A stretch of 59,396 nt of DNA, filler included, from Fonticula-like sp. SCN 57-25 (Eukaryota): NCBI GenBank assembly GCA_001724245.1. It is 10 parts of 10 records of this genome, joined end to end, with 100 filler letters (N's around TTAATTAATTAA, not from the genome) between each part and the next. Parts side by side here need not be neighbours in the genome. Positions count along the whole stretch, not along the records: positions 10,683 to 16,832 come from MEDX01000630.1; positions 16,933 to 22,014 come from MEDX01000631.1; positions 22,115 to 33,540 come from MEDX01000632.1; 7 more parts are not named here. One strand, given 5' to 3'. Below, piece by piece: positions 12,013 to 25,800 of this stretch; the stretch's first letter is position 1; every line of letters begins with the position of its first letter. The notes under the pieces were generated by a model. It made no database searches. It was not told where the DNA came from and saw nothing but the letters and a program-made list of their open reading frames with translations. Both the position numbers and the translations under genes were made by a program.

Positions 12013-13311
12013 ATGGACGCGATGGAGCCCCGCCCCGAGGACGACGGGTCAATGCTGCCCGCCGAGGAAGGCGAGCTGTCGCCCGTGTCGCTCTCTGAGG
12101 TCTCTTCGTCTCCGCCTGCACTTCCGGCACGCACGTTTTCGTCTCTGTCTAATTCGGAGGTGCGCAGCATGTTCGCGCCATGATGACATTTCGCTGACGT
12201 GTGTTTGGGTTACAGCCAGTATGCTGGATCTGCTATGAAGGCGCGAGCAGTTCGAGCCCGCTCGTGAGCCCGTGCGCGTGCCGCGGCGACACGCGGTGGT
12301 CCCACCAAAAGTGCCTTCTTGCGTGGATCGACGAGAAGCAGGGGGGATCAACGCCCCTGGCCCCGGTCTACTGCCCGCAGTGCCGCACCCAATACGTGAT
12401 CATGGTGCGCGCTGCACATTACCGATCACCGTGTGCTCACCGCTGTCTCGCAGACGCCGCGTCTCACCTTTGCGATGCGCCTGTACGACGCGCTTATAGC
12501 GACGCGGAACCTTCTCGTCCCCGTCGCGACGCTCGCCGGCGTGTTCGCGGGCAGCTACGTCTGCTCCTTTAGCTACGGCCTCGCCCTCGTCACCCGCATG
12601 GTGCGCTTTTGCCTCTATATCTCTTTTCCTTGCTGACACACCGCACAGGTCGAGCCCGATGCGCGCGTAGAGTTTATGCGGTACCTCATTGACGATGATC
12701 CGTGGATCCTCTTTGTGGGCGTGCCGCTCGTCCCCGTCGCGCTGATCGCGGGCCGCTTCCGCCTCGTCGAGAACATTGTGCCGTTCATCCCGCCGATTGT
12801 CTTTGCGGCGACGCTCAACGTCACATGGCCTCCGCCGCCGCCGCTCGTCATCTGCGCGCTGCCGTACGCGCACGTGCTGTACAAGGCGGCGCGCCTGTCG
12901 CTCTTCCGGCACATCCTGCTCGGTGCCGACCGGCGGGGCTCGGTTGCCGGCGGCCTGTCGGCGTCGGCTTCGGCGTCACTTTTGAGCCCGCAGGACGACG
13001 GCGCGGCGAATGACCCGCGCGCGCAGGACGGCGTCATGGACGATGCGCAGTGGGCCCTCGCCGAGACGAGCCCGATCCGCGCCGTGCTCGGGGCGCTCAT
13101 CTTCCCGCTCGCGGGAATGACCGTGGGAAACCTTTTCTTTAGGAGGCTCGTCCCCGACACGTTTCACAGGGCGCTGTTGGGGAGCTGCGTGTTCCTCGTG
13201 GCGCGTGACCTCACGTCGCTGTACTATGCGTACACGTCAAAGTGGTGGAAGAAGGAGAGGAGGCTGCTCGATTACGTCGAGATCATGAGGCAACAGGACG
13301 AACCGGCATGA
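12013..13311 (+). CDS. MARCHF5: MARCH5-like RING-CH membrane E3 ubiquitin ligase
   Basis: CWIC...PCACRGDTRWSHQKCLLAWIDEKQ...CPQCRTQY, then DPWILFVGVPLVPVALI, RAVLGALIFP, RALLG...ARDL, RRLLDY as in MARCH5; three short introns. Confidence 0.88.
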
Positions 13312-13562
13312 GCGAAGCAATATTTTCATACTTTTAGCGACATTACCATTTGAATATACATGTATAGACAGACAGTGCTCTTTTGCTCTTTTGTCCAAGG
13401 TCATGCCACCTGGTTGCGGCTCAACGGTTGTGCTGACAGCCGGCGCCCCATGGGCTCGCCACAATTATCGCTCAAACCAAAAAGGTCATCAGAAATACAT
13501 TATCGTACACGGTATGAGTTTCCTGCAAGAGTAGGCAAAATTAAACGGAACAGCGGACGGGA

Positions 13563-14002
13563 TCAGTCGGTCCATCTGTGGTTGCACGACTTGTCGGTGC
13601 ACACAAAGTAGAGCTTCATGCCAGAGTCGGGATCCCGGCTAGCCTGAAAGTAAATGGGCGCAAACGTCCCGCACATCGGGCAGCTGATCTTTTCAGCGTG
13701 CGGCAGGGTCGGGTCGGACGCAACGTCCTGGTACACGGTCGTCATCTCGCTGTAATCCTATCAGCACAACGGTGCAACGACATCGAGCACGCGTACTTTG
13801 GCGAGCGGACAATCTTGTTCATGTACACGCGGTTATCGGTCGCCTCCACCTCGTGCTGGCACAGGTTGCAGAACATGACAAGCCGCCCTGCGCTCTCGCG
13901 CGGGATCAACAAACTCTGACTGCGAGGCCAGCAGCATGAGCATCATCGCATGGCGCGCAAATTTTACCGCGGGCACACGCACCACTGATTGCAAAACTTC
14001 AT
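13563..14002 (-). CDS. RPB9: RNA polymerase II subunit RPB9, 3 exons
   Basis: MKFCNQC..LLIPRE...FCNLCQHE and QDVASDPTLP...CPMC...FQ...MKLYFVC...CNHRWTD form two zinc ribbons. Confidence 0.93.
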
Positions 14003-14469
14003 TCTTTTCCCGGGCTTTCTAGCAAAGACAAGGCGCTCCCTTCACTCTCTGCTCCTCCAAGCAGCAAGCGAGCCCAAGACGATGAAAAAAAAAACTAGCC
14101 AGACGCTGCGTTCGCAGCAATGCCTTAAGATGTCTGGAAAGAAACAGAGTTTCTTTTTTCCCGTCCTTGTCAAGGGGGCTGCCAACCATCTCTCGGCTCA
14201 TACAACACCAAAGCTAACCATATTCCATGTCCGATATATAAAGGGCTCAACGCGAGAGCGCGCCAAAATTGTGGGATGCACCAGCAATAGTCATCAAATC
14301 TGCAAACTGCAAACTACTGGTCAGGAACCCTCACGTTCGGCCGTCCAGGGATCGCCGCGCGCCGCGCAGAGATCCAAGCGGCTGTTCACCTCTCGGCCCC
14401 GCTTCCGTTTGGAGGGATATAGGGCGCCTTGCGGATAGACCTGCTGTATAATTTTGTTTTAACATAGTG

Positions 14470-16832
14470 ATGCTTCGAACGGTGGTGCAGTGTTTGACGT
14501 GCGGGCTGGTCGGCGATCACGAGGAAGACGAGCGTCGGCCGATCGTGTCGGTGCGCTGCTCGGCCCTTGCGTTGCCACGGCGTCTTCTAACTTGTTATAT
14601 TAGGATGATAACCTTGTAATTCCCTCGACGACGGTCACATCCGTTGGCGGGCCGCCCAACTCGGCAATCAGCGACACTGGATCTTACGAGCTCTACGCTG
14701 ATCGGTACGTGGCGCGCAATGCTGGTGTACAGCATCCTGACTTGTTGCTCAGCGCCGTCGGCCAAGATGACAAGACACGCGGAAAGAAACTGTTTAATTC
14801 GCATCCCAAATCGGTCCGTTCCCCATTTTTGCCCATCCCTTTTTCGCTTTACTGACAATGACTCTTACAGGGCATCACCTTTTTAATTGACAAAGGCGTC
14901 ATCGACAACACGCCCGAGTCCGTCGCCTCCTTCCTCCGCGAGAATTTCGTCGACAAGCGCCAGATCGGCGAGTACCTCGGCCATCAGGATCCTTTCCGGC
15001 AGCAGGTCCTCCTCGCCTTTACGCGCCAGTTCCTCTGCCGCGGCCTTCCCTTTGACGCTGCCCTGCGGCAGTACCTCGACGCGTTCCGCCTGCCGGGCGA
15101 GGCGCAAAAGATTGACCGCATCATGGAGACATTTGCGACGCACTACCACGAGCAGAACCCCGGCGTCTTTTCATCTGTCGGTACGTGGCATCAGGATGCC
15201 GGTCCCTGATCATCTGTGCAAGGTCTAATGATGAGGCACAGACACGGCGTACATTTTGTCATTTTCGCTCATTATGCTCAACACGGATTTACACAACCCG
15301 AGTGTCAAGAATCATATGACGAAAGAGTCGTTTATCAAGAACAATAGCGGGATCGACTCTGGCAAGGATCTCCCGCGCGAACTCCTCTCGGTACGAGTCT
15401 TGTGGTTAAGCGGGGTGGGTGAGGGTGAGAGTAGGGTGTTATGTATAATGTATGTAAATATGTATGTATGTGTGTGTATGTTTATGTTAACCTTTGAGTA
15501 TGTTTATGTAAATGTGTCTCTATTCATGTTAACCTTGTATATTTCTCCTTCCATTCCCATACTAACAATTATTTCCTTAGGATCTTTATGACAGTTTCAA
15601 GCGTGAAGAGCTCAAGCTGACCGAGAACATGAGCTATTCCGACACTGGCTACACCTTCTTCAACCCTGACCGTGAGGGGTACTTGTGGAAGTTGGGGCAC
15701 CGCAGCGTAAAGTGGCAGAGGCGCTTCTTCGTCGTCACGGGGAGCGTCTTGTATTACTTCAAGTCGGCAGATGTGCGTCAGATGTGCGTGGTGTTTTTTG
15801 CACTTTATTGGTGTATTTTGTGAGGAATTGTCGCTTTTTATGCTTTTTTGTGTACTTTGTTGCGTTGATGGCCACTTTTTTGTGTTCTTTTTGTGTCACT
15901 TCTGCACATTTTTTTTGACACTTTTTGAGCCATTTTGCCACTTTTTGAGCCATTTTGCCACTTTTGTTCCATTTTTGCCCACTTTTCTCCCACTTTCCCA
16001 CCATTTTCCCTTTCCCTACTAACCCCATTTCCACACAGGACCGCACCCCCTGCGCCATTATCCCACTTGAGAATCTCTCTGTCCGCGAAATCCACGGCTC
16101 CACCGTCGACAAAAACGCGCGCTTTGCCTTTGAACTTTACCGCGACGGCAAACAAGGCGGCGACAAAAACGCGACAATTAAAGCAGTCAAATTCGAGCGT
16201 GGTTCGACCGTTAGAAGTACGTACATTTTTCATTATAATATTTGATGCCTTTTGTGAACGTGTCACTCAGTGATTGGTGTGGTACGTAGGTTCGCACAAG
16301 ACGTATGTGTTTGCGAGCGAGTCGGCCGAAGAGCGGGCCATGTGGGTGCAGTGTATCATGGCGAGCATGGCGCCGCCGCCGGTGTATGCGCTGCGTCAGG
16401 TGAAGAAGGACAAGGTGGCAATGCAGGTGCGAAGCATGAATGGTTATGTAGTGTAGCGTGTGATGCAGTGTAATGTAGTATGTAATGTGTAATCTGAATG
16501 TGTTGGTTTATACCAGTGTATTGTGTATGATACAATGATGAGTGTCATGGATAAGTGTCATTGATGAGTGCCATGATGAGTGTCATTGATGTGTATGTGA
16601 ACGTGATGCTGTATGGGTGTTTATGGTACCTAAACGAGTCTTTTACTCTATTCCATATCTCACGTATCATACCAAACATTCCTATCTAACACTCTTATTA
16701 GAACCCCGTTGATGACATGTCTAGCACTTCCACCCAACTCCTCCCCGCCCCCCTCATCAAGGACGCCCTCGACGCCGCCCCCTCACCCCACGACAACGGC
16801 CACGTGATCCCACCCCACGATCACGTGCTCCC
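14470..16832 (+). CDS. Cytohesin/ARNO-type Arf GEF (Sec7 + PH), probably 3'-truncated
   Basis: Sec7 motifs [51 protein letters not shown] motifs [27 protein letters not shown] donor GTGCGA at 16427 and CTAAC...TAG at 16701 suggest one more exon running to the contig end. Confidence 0.93.
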
Positions 16833-16932
16833 NNNNNNNNNNNNNNNNNNNNNNNNNNNNNNNNNNNNNNNNNNNNTTAATTAATTAANNNNNNNNNNNN
16901 NNNNNNNNNNNNNNNNNNNNNNNNNNNNNNNN
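16833..16932. other. Artificial contig linker
   Basis: 44N + TTAATTAATTAA + 44N. Confidence 0.99.
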
Positions 16933-17222
16933 TAGGCGCCCATTAGAATGAAATATGTTGCGAAGGAGACGTACCGCTTGATGTTGGTGAAGCGCCAAAG
17001 CCAGGCGTCCTGCACCGGCTCGGCGAGACTCCTGCTTAGTTCCGCCTTGCAATCAGGATAGCTAAGGGCCCCTGTTAGAGCAGCTACGAGAATGGCGCAA
17101 TCGTACATTTGCATCATGACCTTTTGCAACACGACGCCGTCGCACAGCAGCACCGGTGACGCAGTGGACACGTGAATGTCCTCAAAGGTCCCCAGCCACG
17201 ATACAAGGCTGGAGAGCTCCAT
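16933..17222 (-). CDS. Hook/Girdin-family N-terminal domain, 3'-truncated
   Basis: SLVSWLGTF...LCDGVVLQKVMMQI.P...VQDAWLWRFTNIK matches the Hook N-terminal CH-like domain pattern. Confidence 0.7.
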
Positions 17223-17622
17223 TCTCTGCGGCATCCGCCCTGTCAGTACCATCCTTTCGCAAACCATATTTCCACAACATTCCCTACTCTTCCCTGCTAT
17301 TTACAACCCCCACGGCCATGTTGTGACGTACCACCCGTTCCGCACGCAACGTCTCCTGCCCAACTGCGTGCGTCGGTCGCTCCTCCTTTCACACACCGCC
17401 GCACTCAAGTGGCGGGCAAAATACAATTAACCACAACACTGTGGCAGTACACATCACATCAATGCCACAGCACTGTAGCGGAACTGGTTATTGGTGAAGC
17501 ATCACTCGGTGCAGGAACCGCGGACTTCAGCTGATCAAGCTTTGCTGATCCCGGACTGGAATAGAACGCGTGGACAGCAAGACCTTCATTAGAGGAACGT
17601 TTGACAAAGGCTTGTTGGCGCG

Positions 17623-20600
17623 ATGGCCGAGACCAAAGTGTTCTTGAGCAAATGCCTCGAGAACCTGGTCGCCAAGTCTCCGCGATTCAACAAGCGCCTC
17701 CCAGAGTCGGCTCGTGGCGTCCTTGGTGCGCTCGTACTGATGGCTCGCTCGGTATTTCTAACAGCGTTTGGTTATTCGTTTTCCATCTACAGAGGCGCTG
17801 AACAGCGGTGAAGGGTACGGAGCGTGTTCTTGCTGCTTGCCACGTTGACTGACACGGTGGCCCTGTGATTAGCGAATTGACACCCCAGGAGATCCTGTTG
17901 CCGTTCTTTCTGGCATGCGGAACCGAAAAAGTCAAAACCGTCGTGGCTGGTCTAGACGGCATCCAGGTGCGCACGTATATATCTTTCTCGATCCCATCTT
18001 ACCCGAGAGCCTTTTTAGAAACTGCTGATGATGGGCCTTTTGGAGAACAGCCACCGGCTGGCACCGCTGACTGCTGACGGCGTGCCTGCCATGGCTGACG
18101 TCTCTAGCAGCGAGGCCCATGACGACAAGGAGGGCGCGGAGGAGATATCTCGTCAGCGCTTCTTGATAGATCAGGTGGTCGAGGTCGTGTGCCGCTGCCA
18201 CCTCGGCGAAGCCACCGATGAGACCGTCGAGCTGCAGATCCTCAAGGTTCTCCTCGCCGTGATCACGACGCCCAATATCGAAGTGCACGGTCACTCTCTC
18301 CTGCAGGCTGTCCGCATGTGCTACATGATTCACCTGACGACGAGGGATGCCATCAATGAAAAGACCGCCCGCGGCATCTTGGATCAGATGGTTGGCCTCG
18401 TGTTTTACAACGTCGAGAACCCGGGCCCGCGCAGCGCAACATCCAAGGTGACGCTTGTCAGTAAGACTGGGACACTTCTGACCTTGCGTACGTCATTGCA
18501 CTAAACGATATAGCCTGGATACTTACGATGTGCTTTAGCCAATGTGAGCGCGCTCGCCATGAGCCAGCAGGAAAGCGAGGACAGCATTAGTTTGCAGGCC
18601 GACGACACCGCTTCGTCAAGCGGCCAAGCGACGCCGTCTACAGAGGCCTCAACGACCAAGGAGAAGAAAATTGACACGCCTTCGGCTGCTCGCTCCTTGT
18701 TCGCCGCCGGTAGCACGCCGCCCGGGACACCCGAGCTGCTCCCGACGTCGTCGAGGAGCAAGAGCGATGGGATGCTATCGCCATTGTCGAGGACCCTTGA
18801 GACATCCGAGGCAGAGGACGCCGCCGCGCCCGACACTGGTAGCGACACTGTAGAGTCGGACACGAAGAGCACGGACGATGCCGGGGCCGAGGAGCAAAAG
18901 GAAGCGAGCGGCACGAGCTCACAGGCTGCCCAGGTTGAATCCGAGTCGTCAGATCTTGCCACTCACGTTTCCACTGTCGAGTCTACCGTCGAGCCATCGA
19001 GTGAGCCGTCGCTCGAGGCGACCAATGACGCGCCCGCGGCGGAGGAAAACGCTGCTCTGCCTTCGATTGTGGCTACGATCTCCGAAGAACCCGCAGCAGG
19101 GCAAGAAGCATCTGCACCCGAGACGACCATTGTTGTGACTTCTGAGCCTGCCGCCGTTGCCACTTCTCCTTCCTCCGAGTCGACAGAGGCAAAGGCCGAG
19201 ACGAAGGACGGGAATTCATTGACGGTGTCGGTGCCCACTCCCACCAACATTGGTTCCCCCGAGTCGTCGCAGCCCCCTTCGCCTTCCATGGGCGTCTCTG
19301 CGATGGCTTCGCAAGACACGTTGGCCCCGAATGCGGTTGCCGGTCGTCGCGGCAGCATCTCGAACCAGCAGTCGTCGGTGATTTCGGTTATCTCTGCCAG
19401 CGAGGATCAGCAGGCATCGATGGCGCAGCGCGACGCGTACCTCCTGTTCCGCACGCTGTGCAAACTTTCCCGCAGAGTGGGCGAGTTTGTTGTGGCTGAC
19501 CAGGAGCGTCAGCGCGTCGTAAACATCCGCAGCAAGTTGGTGGCGCTCGAGCTTATTCTCGTCATCCTGCAGAACGCGGGTCCGGGCGTTCAGCACAACG
19601 TGCTCTTTGTCTCGGCGATCAAGAAGCACCTGATTATTTCGATGTGCAGCAACGCGCTCGTCAACTCGACGCAAATCTACGAGCTCACGCTCAAGATCTT
19701 CCTTGTTCTGCTGACGCGCTATGCGGCGGGTCTCAAGTACGAGATTGAGGTCTGCATCAACGAGATCTTCCTCAAGATCCTCACGAGCAAGAATTCGACG
19801 ATCGAGCAGAAGACGCTGCTTCTCGACTACCTCGTCCGCATCTGCGCCGTCCCGCAGACCCTCATGGACATTTTCCTCAACTACGACTGCGACCCCGTTT
19901 CGCTCGAATCGAACCTCTTTGAGCGCCTCGTCAACGAAATGTCCAAGCTCGCCCAGATCAAGTTGACGATTGTCAACCCGGAGGTTGGCGTTTCTCCCGA
20001 GCTGTACGAGCTCAAAATGAAGGTACACATCGCCTGCAGGTGGCGCATTACCGAGCTAACTGTATTCTTTAGGGTCTCGAGTGCCTTGCCGCCGTTCTGC
20101 AGTCGCTCGTTACGTGGAGTATCGGTGTTGGCGACATTGGAAAGGCGACGCAGGAGAGCGAAGGCGCGCCGGAAGAGGACTCGGTGCAAGACAACCCGGC
20201 CCAGTTTGCGCAGAACAAGCAGATGAAGCAGGTTATGCTCGACGCTCTGAAAATCTTTAACGGCAAGCCGAAGAAGGTACGAACGAAAGTTTTTAGCGAA
20301 CGCACATCTAACGCATTGGAATAGGGTATCAAGTATCTGATTGAGCACGGCGTCATTACCGACACGCCCAACGACATTGCTATTTACCTGCTCAACACGG
20401 TCGGCCTAGACAAGACGGCCATCGGCGAGTTCCTCGGCGAAGGCGACGATTACAATATCCAGATCATGCACTCGTTCGTTGACAACATGCACTTTGCGCA
20501 GATGACGTTCTTGGAGGCCCTTCGGTACGCTTTTTCGTACTCGCCGTCTTTACACTTACACATTGCCTTTGCAGCCACTTTTTGCAGGCGTTCCGGTTGC

Positions 20601-22014
20601 CCGGCGAGGCCCAAAAGATTGACCGCTTCATGCTCAAGTTTGCCGAGCGCTACGTCAAGTACAACCCCGACATTTTTGCCAACGCTGACGCGGCCTATGT
20701 GCTTGCGTACTCTTGCATCATGCTCAACGTGGACCAGCACAACCGCCAGATCAAGAAGCGCATGACAAAGGCCGAGTTTATCAAGAACAACCGCGGCATC
20801 AATGACAACGCCGACTTGCCGGAAGAGTTCCTGAGCGCGATTTTCGACGAGATTCACACGAACGAGATCAAGATGAAGGACGACGAGGACAAGACCGCTT
20901 CCAAGCGCATCGCCAATGGTTTGCCTTGATATTTTTATTCTTACCGCCTCTAACCCTCTTCCTTGTGCAGAGCTGCTGTCGATCAAGGACAGGCGCGTCG
21001 CCTTCTTGCTCGAGTCCAAGGAGATTCTCAAGCGCACTCAGGCGCTCTTTAGCGAGAAGAAGCGGCACGCGGTCTTTGTTCACGCCACTCGCGTGGAGCA
21101 CGTAAAGCCCATGTTTGAGAATGCCTGGGTGGCCATCTTCGCCTCTATCAGCGGCCCGCTCCAGGATTCCGAGGACCCCATCATGATCTCGCTGTGTCTG
21201 CGCGCCTTCACGCACGCTGCTCACATCAGCTGCATTTTCTACATGGACCTCCCGCGCGACGCATTTATGACGACGCTCGTCAAGTACACTGGCCTGTCCA
21301 GCCCGCGCGACATCAAGGTGTCTGCGCTGCGGCAAAAGAACTTTGAGGCCGTTCGCGCGGTGCTCGACGTCACCAACATGGATGCCAACTACCTCAAGGT
21401 ACCGCGCTTTCATTTTGACTATGCCCTTTTTAACACGCGCTTTCTATAGTCGTCGTGGAATGACGTTCTCCACTGCTTTTCTGGCCTGAACCGTCTGCAG
21501 TTGCTCGGCGACAGCGAAGAGAGCCCGACCAAGTCCAAGAAGAGGCCCGGCGCGTCCGATCTCGATGCCATTGCCGAGGCGCGCTCGCAGCACATGGTCA
21601 TTGCCGTCGATAGCGTGTTTGCAAACAGCTCCAAGCTGGACGCCGATGCCATCGTCGACTTTGTGAAGTACCTCATCATCAACTCGACCGAGGAGATTGA
21701 GCACGCAGCGGGAGCAGAGAACTTGCGCTTGTACAGCCTGCAGCGCCTGGTCGAGATCTCGCACTACAATATGAACCGCATTCGCCTCGAGTGGTCGCGC
21801 ATCTGGTCGATGCTGGGCGAGCACTTTAACCAGGTACGTATTCGCTTTTTTTGGCAGTCCTTTGTGACTAATGTTTTTGTTGATAGGTTGGATGCAGCGC
21901 CCACTTCCACATTGTCTTTTTCGCGGTGGATTCGCTTCGGCAGCTTTCGATGAAGTTTTTGGAAAAGGGCGAGCTTTCCTACTTTCAGTTCCAAAAGGAC
22001 TTTTTGGCGCCCTT
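17623..22014 (+). CDS. SEC7: BIG1/BIG2/Sec7 large Arf GEF (DCB, HUS, Sec7, HDS1), 3'-truncated
   Basis: [35 protein letters not shown] box [76 protein letters not shown]. Confidence 0.96.
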
Positions 22015-22114
22015 NNNNNNNNNNNNNNNNNNNNNNNNNNNNNNNNNNNNNNNNNNNNTTAATTAATTAANNNNNNNNNNNNNNNNNNNNNNNNNNNNNN
22101 NNNNNNNNNNNNNN
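22015..22114. other. Artificial contig linker
   Basis: 44N + TTAATTAATTAA + 44N. Confidence 0.99.
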
Positions 22115-22740
22115 CATGTGTGTGATGTATGGTCATATGGGTAATAGTATCATGTCATGTGTGTGATATGTGGTTATATGGGTGTGTGTATATGTGTGTA
22201 TGATATATGGTTATATGGGTAGTATTGTATCATGGTGAATGAGTATAATGTATGGTCATATGAGTAGTAGTATCATGTGTGTGATATATGGTTATGTGTG
22301 TCATCATGGTGTATGATACATGATCATATGGGTATATGTGTCATGGGTATCATAGTGTGTGTGTATGTGTGTATATATGTGTGTGTATGTGTATGTGTAT
22401 GTGTATGATACATGGTCATAATACATGGTCATATGGGTAGTAGTATCATGTGTGTGGTATATGATCATATGGGTAGTAGAGTCATGTCATGTCATGTCAT
22501 TGTGAGTGATACATGATCATGTGAGTATGTGTGTCATGTCATGGGTATCATGGTGTGTGATCATATGGGTAGTAGTGTCATTATATGTGTCATGTGATCA
22601 TATGAGTATGTTTTATCATGAACATGTTTATGGTGTGTCCATGTATGTGTCAGTACATTGTATCATTCCCATGTATGTGTCACGTGATCATATGAGGTAT
22701 TGTATCATGATCATGGTGTATCATGTGTCCATGTATCATC
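22115..22740. repeat. Intronic degenerate TATG/CATG/TG low-complexity tract
   Basis: Simple-sequence tract upstream of the acceptor at 22827. Confidence 0.88.
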
Positions 22741-22827
22741 CTATATTCTTCCTATGTCCTATATTCTTCCTTTATTCCCTATATTCCACTATTCCCTCTT
22801 CCTTCAATTCTAACCACGTGGCCATAG

Positions 22828-25800
22828 TTATCTCTTCTGGTTTGGTGACTTGAATTATCGCCTCAAACTCCCCCATGCCGATATTCTTCACCACATATCA
22901 CATGGCTCATATTCACATCTACTAAAGTATGACCAATTGACAAGTGAAAGGGCGGCATTGCGTGCATTTGCTGGGTTTGAGGAGGGTGACATTAATTTCA
23001 TTCCTAGTTATAAATACGATCCAGGTACGAAAGGAAGAAAGGGAAGATAAGAGGGAGAGTGTATATGTGTGTATATGTATGTATGTGTATGTGTATGATA
23101 CTGTATGTGTGCATGTCTATATGTGTGTATAGAATGATACTGTATGTATGTGTATGTATGTATATATGTATGTATGTATGTATGTATTTTGTATGTATGT
23201 ATGGTATGATACTGTATGTATGTATGGTATGATACTGTATGTATGTGGGTATGTGGGTATGTATATTGTATGTATGTATGTATGTAGGTGTGTGTGTGTG
23301 TGTATGTATGTATCAATCTTTGTGTATGTATATGTGTATGTATGAATGTATGAATGTATGTATGTATGATACCTTTATGTATATGTATGTATGTGTGTAT
23401 GTATCAATGATACCTATATCATTCTATCTCTTTCCTTTCATTCTTTCTATTCTATCTTCTACTTTCTCTTAAAATCCACCCCTGATTCACCCCCTAGGCA
23501 CCGACACATTCGACACGAGCGAGAAACAAAGACCTCCCGCCTATTGCGACCGCATCTTATGGCGTAGTGGTGATCACGTGACCAATACACACTATACATG
23601 TCACGTGGCCATGAAGACGTCAGATCATAAGCCAGTGAGTGGAATGTACCACGTAGACAGGGTGAAGGTGTTTGCACGTGACAAGATGAAGGATGTGTGG
23701 CTGAGTGTGGCGAGGGAGTTGGATAAGATGGAGAACGATACTATGCCGGGTATGGCCACGTGGATTGGATATATGGGATGGGAATGGGGTGTGTATATGG
23801 GTGGTGTTTTGATAGTTTCACCATATGTACTGTTTTGATTGATATGACAGTGATTTACTTGTTATTTGTATGGGCTGTGTCTATGACTGTATTTGATAAC
23901 ATATTGTCTATATTGACAGTGATTAGTATGTTTATAATGCATTTTAGTACACTAGTGTTGATTGTTGATATATCCCTGTTTTATGTGATGTTTATTGATG
24001 TAGTCATATTGGATATGATGTTTGTTGATATAATGCTGTTTTATGAGATGTTTGTGTCATGTATGTATGTATGTCTGTCTTAAGTTTTGTATCAATTATC
24101 CCTACAACCCTGCTACAGCCCTGTACTAACATACACTAGACTGCACCCTTTCGACCAACCACGTGGCCTTTGACCGCGTCACCTTCCTCTCCCCCGCCCT
24201 CCAAACAATCACCCTCACCAACACCGGCCACGTGGTCGCACACTACCGCTTCATTCCCAAAAATGATGATGTCACCTTTTGCCGTCCTTGGCTTCTTGTC
24301 AGTCCCAGTCAGGGGCTGCTCGTGCCAGGGGAAAGTATCGAGCTCAACTTTACGATCATGGTCGATCGATCGACGGTGACGTCACTCAATATGGGACATG
24401 ATCGGATTGATGACATCATCATTTTGCACTTGGAGAATGGCAAGGATATGTTTGTGTCGATTAGTGGGGCGTATCAGGTCACGTGTTTTGGTGTCAGTTT
24501 GACGCTGTTGGCGAGGCTGTCTCAGCCAATCAGGAGCATTCAAGGGGTACGCACGTGACATATTATGAATGTTATTGATATTGTTGTTATTGATGTTTGT
24601 TGTTGATGATGTTTGTTGTTGATGATGTATATGATCACGTGACTCTTATATGTATTGAGTGTTGTTTGAACTTGATGATAACTACCATTGTTGTTGCTGT
24701 TGTTGTTGTTGTTGTTGACGATGATGATGATGTATATGATCACGTGACTCTTATGTGTATTGACTGTCATTGACTATCATTGTTACCTCCATATGATCAC
24801 GTGACTAACATATAAATAGTCTATTGATGATGCTGCTGCTGCTTCGGCGGGAAGTGCGGGTCGCGTTCCAGAGCCCCTTTCACGCATGGTCGACTATTTG
24901 AGCAAGTATGGTCTGGAAGAGGTGCGCTGATTGGCTGAGAGGGCGAATGGAGTCATGTGATTGGTTGTAATATGAATATGCTGACTGTGTATTTAGCCGA
25001 GTCTGTTTGTGACGGGCGGAGTGTATGATGAGATTACAGAGATTAAGGAGAGTCTCGATACTGGAGAGGCATTCACTATTGGTACGAAAAAGGGAATAGA
25101 ATAGAATAGAATAGAATAGAAGGAAATAGAAGGGAAACATGTGTTTATGTAGTGTTTATAGTGTGTGTGATGTGTGTATATTTGTACTTGTTCATTGACT
25201 GATATGTGTATATATTGAATGGTGTTTGACTGATACATGTTTATATTGATGACTGATTGATACTGTATGACTATGGGAATGTGTGTTTTGACTGATTAGT
25301 CTGATTAATCTGATTATATCTTTCTTCTTCTATTTCCTTAACCGAATCACTAACCACGTGGCCACAGCCGGCCCCACTGCCGTCCATTCAATGGCCGAGG
25401 CCCTTATTCGCTTCCTCGAGGCCCTTCCCGTTCCCGAGCCAGTCATCCCCGTGGCCCTCTATCAAAAGTGCATCGAAGCGACCAATTATACAGCAGCAAA
25501 ACAGGTATGAATATGGCCACGTGGATATGAAACGTGATATTGACACAAAAATCGCAGGCGATATCGCAGTTGAATGATACGCACTATTTGACGTTTGTGT
25601 ACTTGACGGCGTTTTTGAGGGAGGTGCTGGCGAATGCAGAGAGGAATAATGCAGTATTGTCAGAGTTGGGTACGAGTTTGCAGTTTGCGTGGGTAGAGAA
25701 TGGGTTTGCAGTTTGCATGTGTGGAAATGGGTTTGCAGTTTGCAGTTTGTGTTTGTAGATATGGACAACAGGGCCGAATATGGGGTTACAGTGGGTGGCA

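Noticed and set aside
22506..23472. ORFs rich in M/Y/V/C or H/T/Y/I (also 9202-9887, 15685-16266, 23760-24083)
   Set aside because: These are translations of intronic microsatellites bounded by canonical splice sites.
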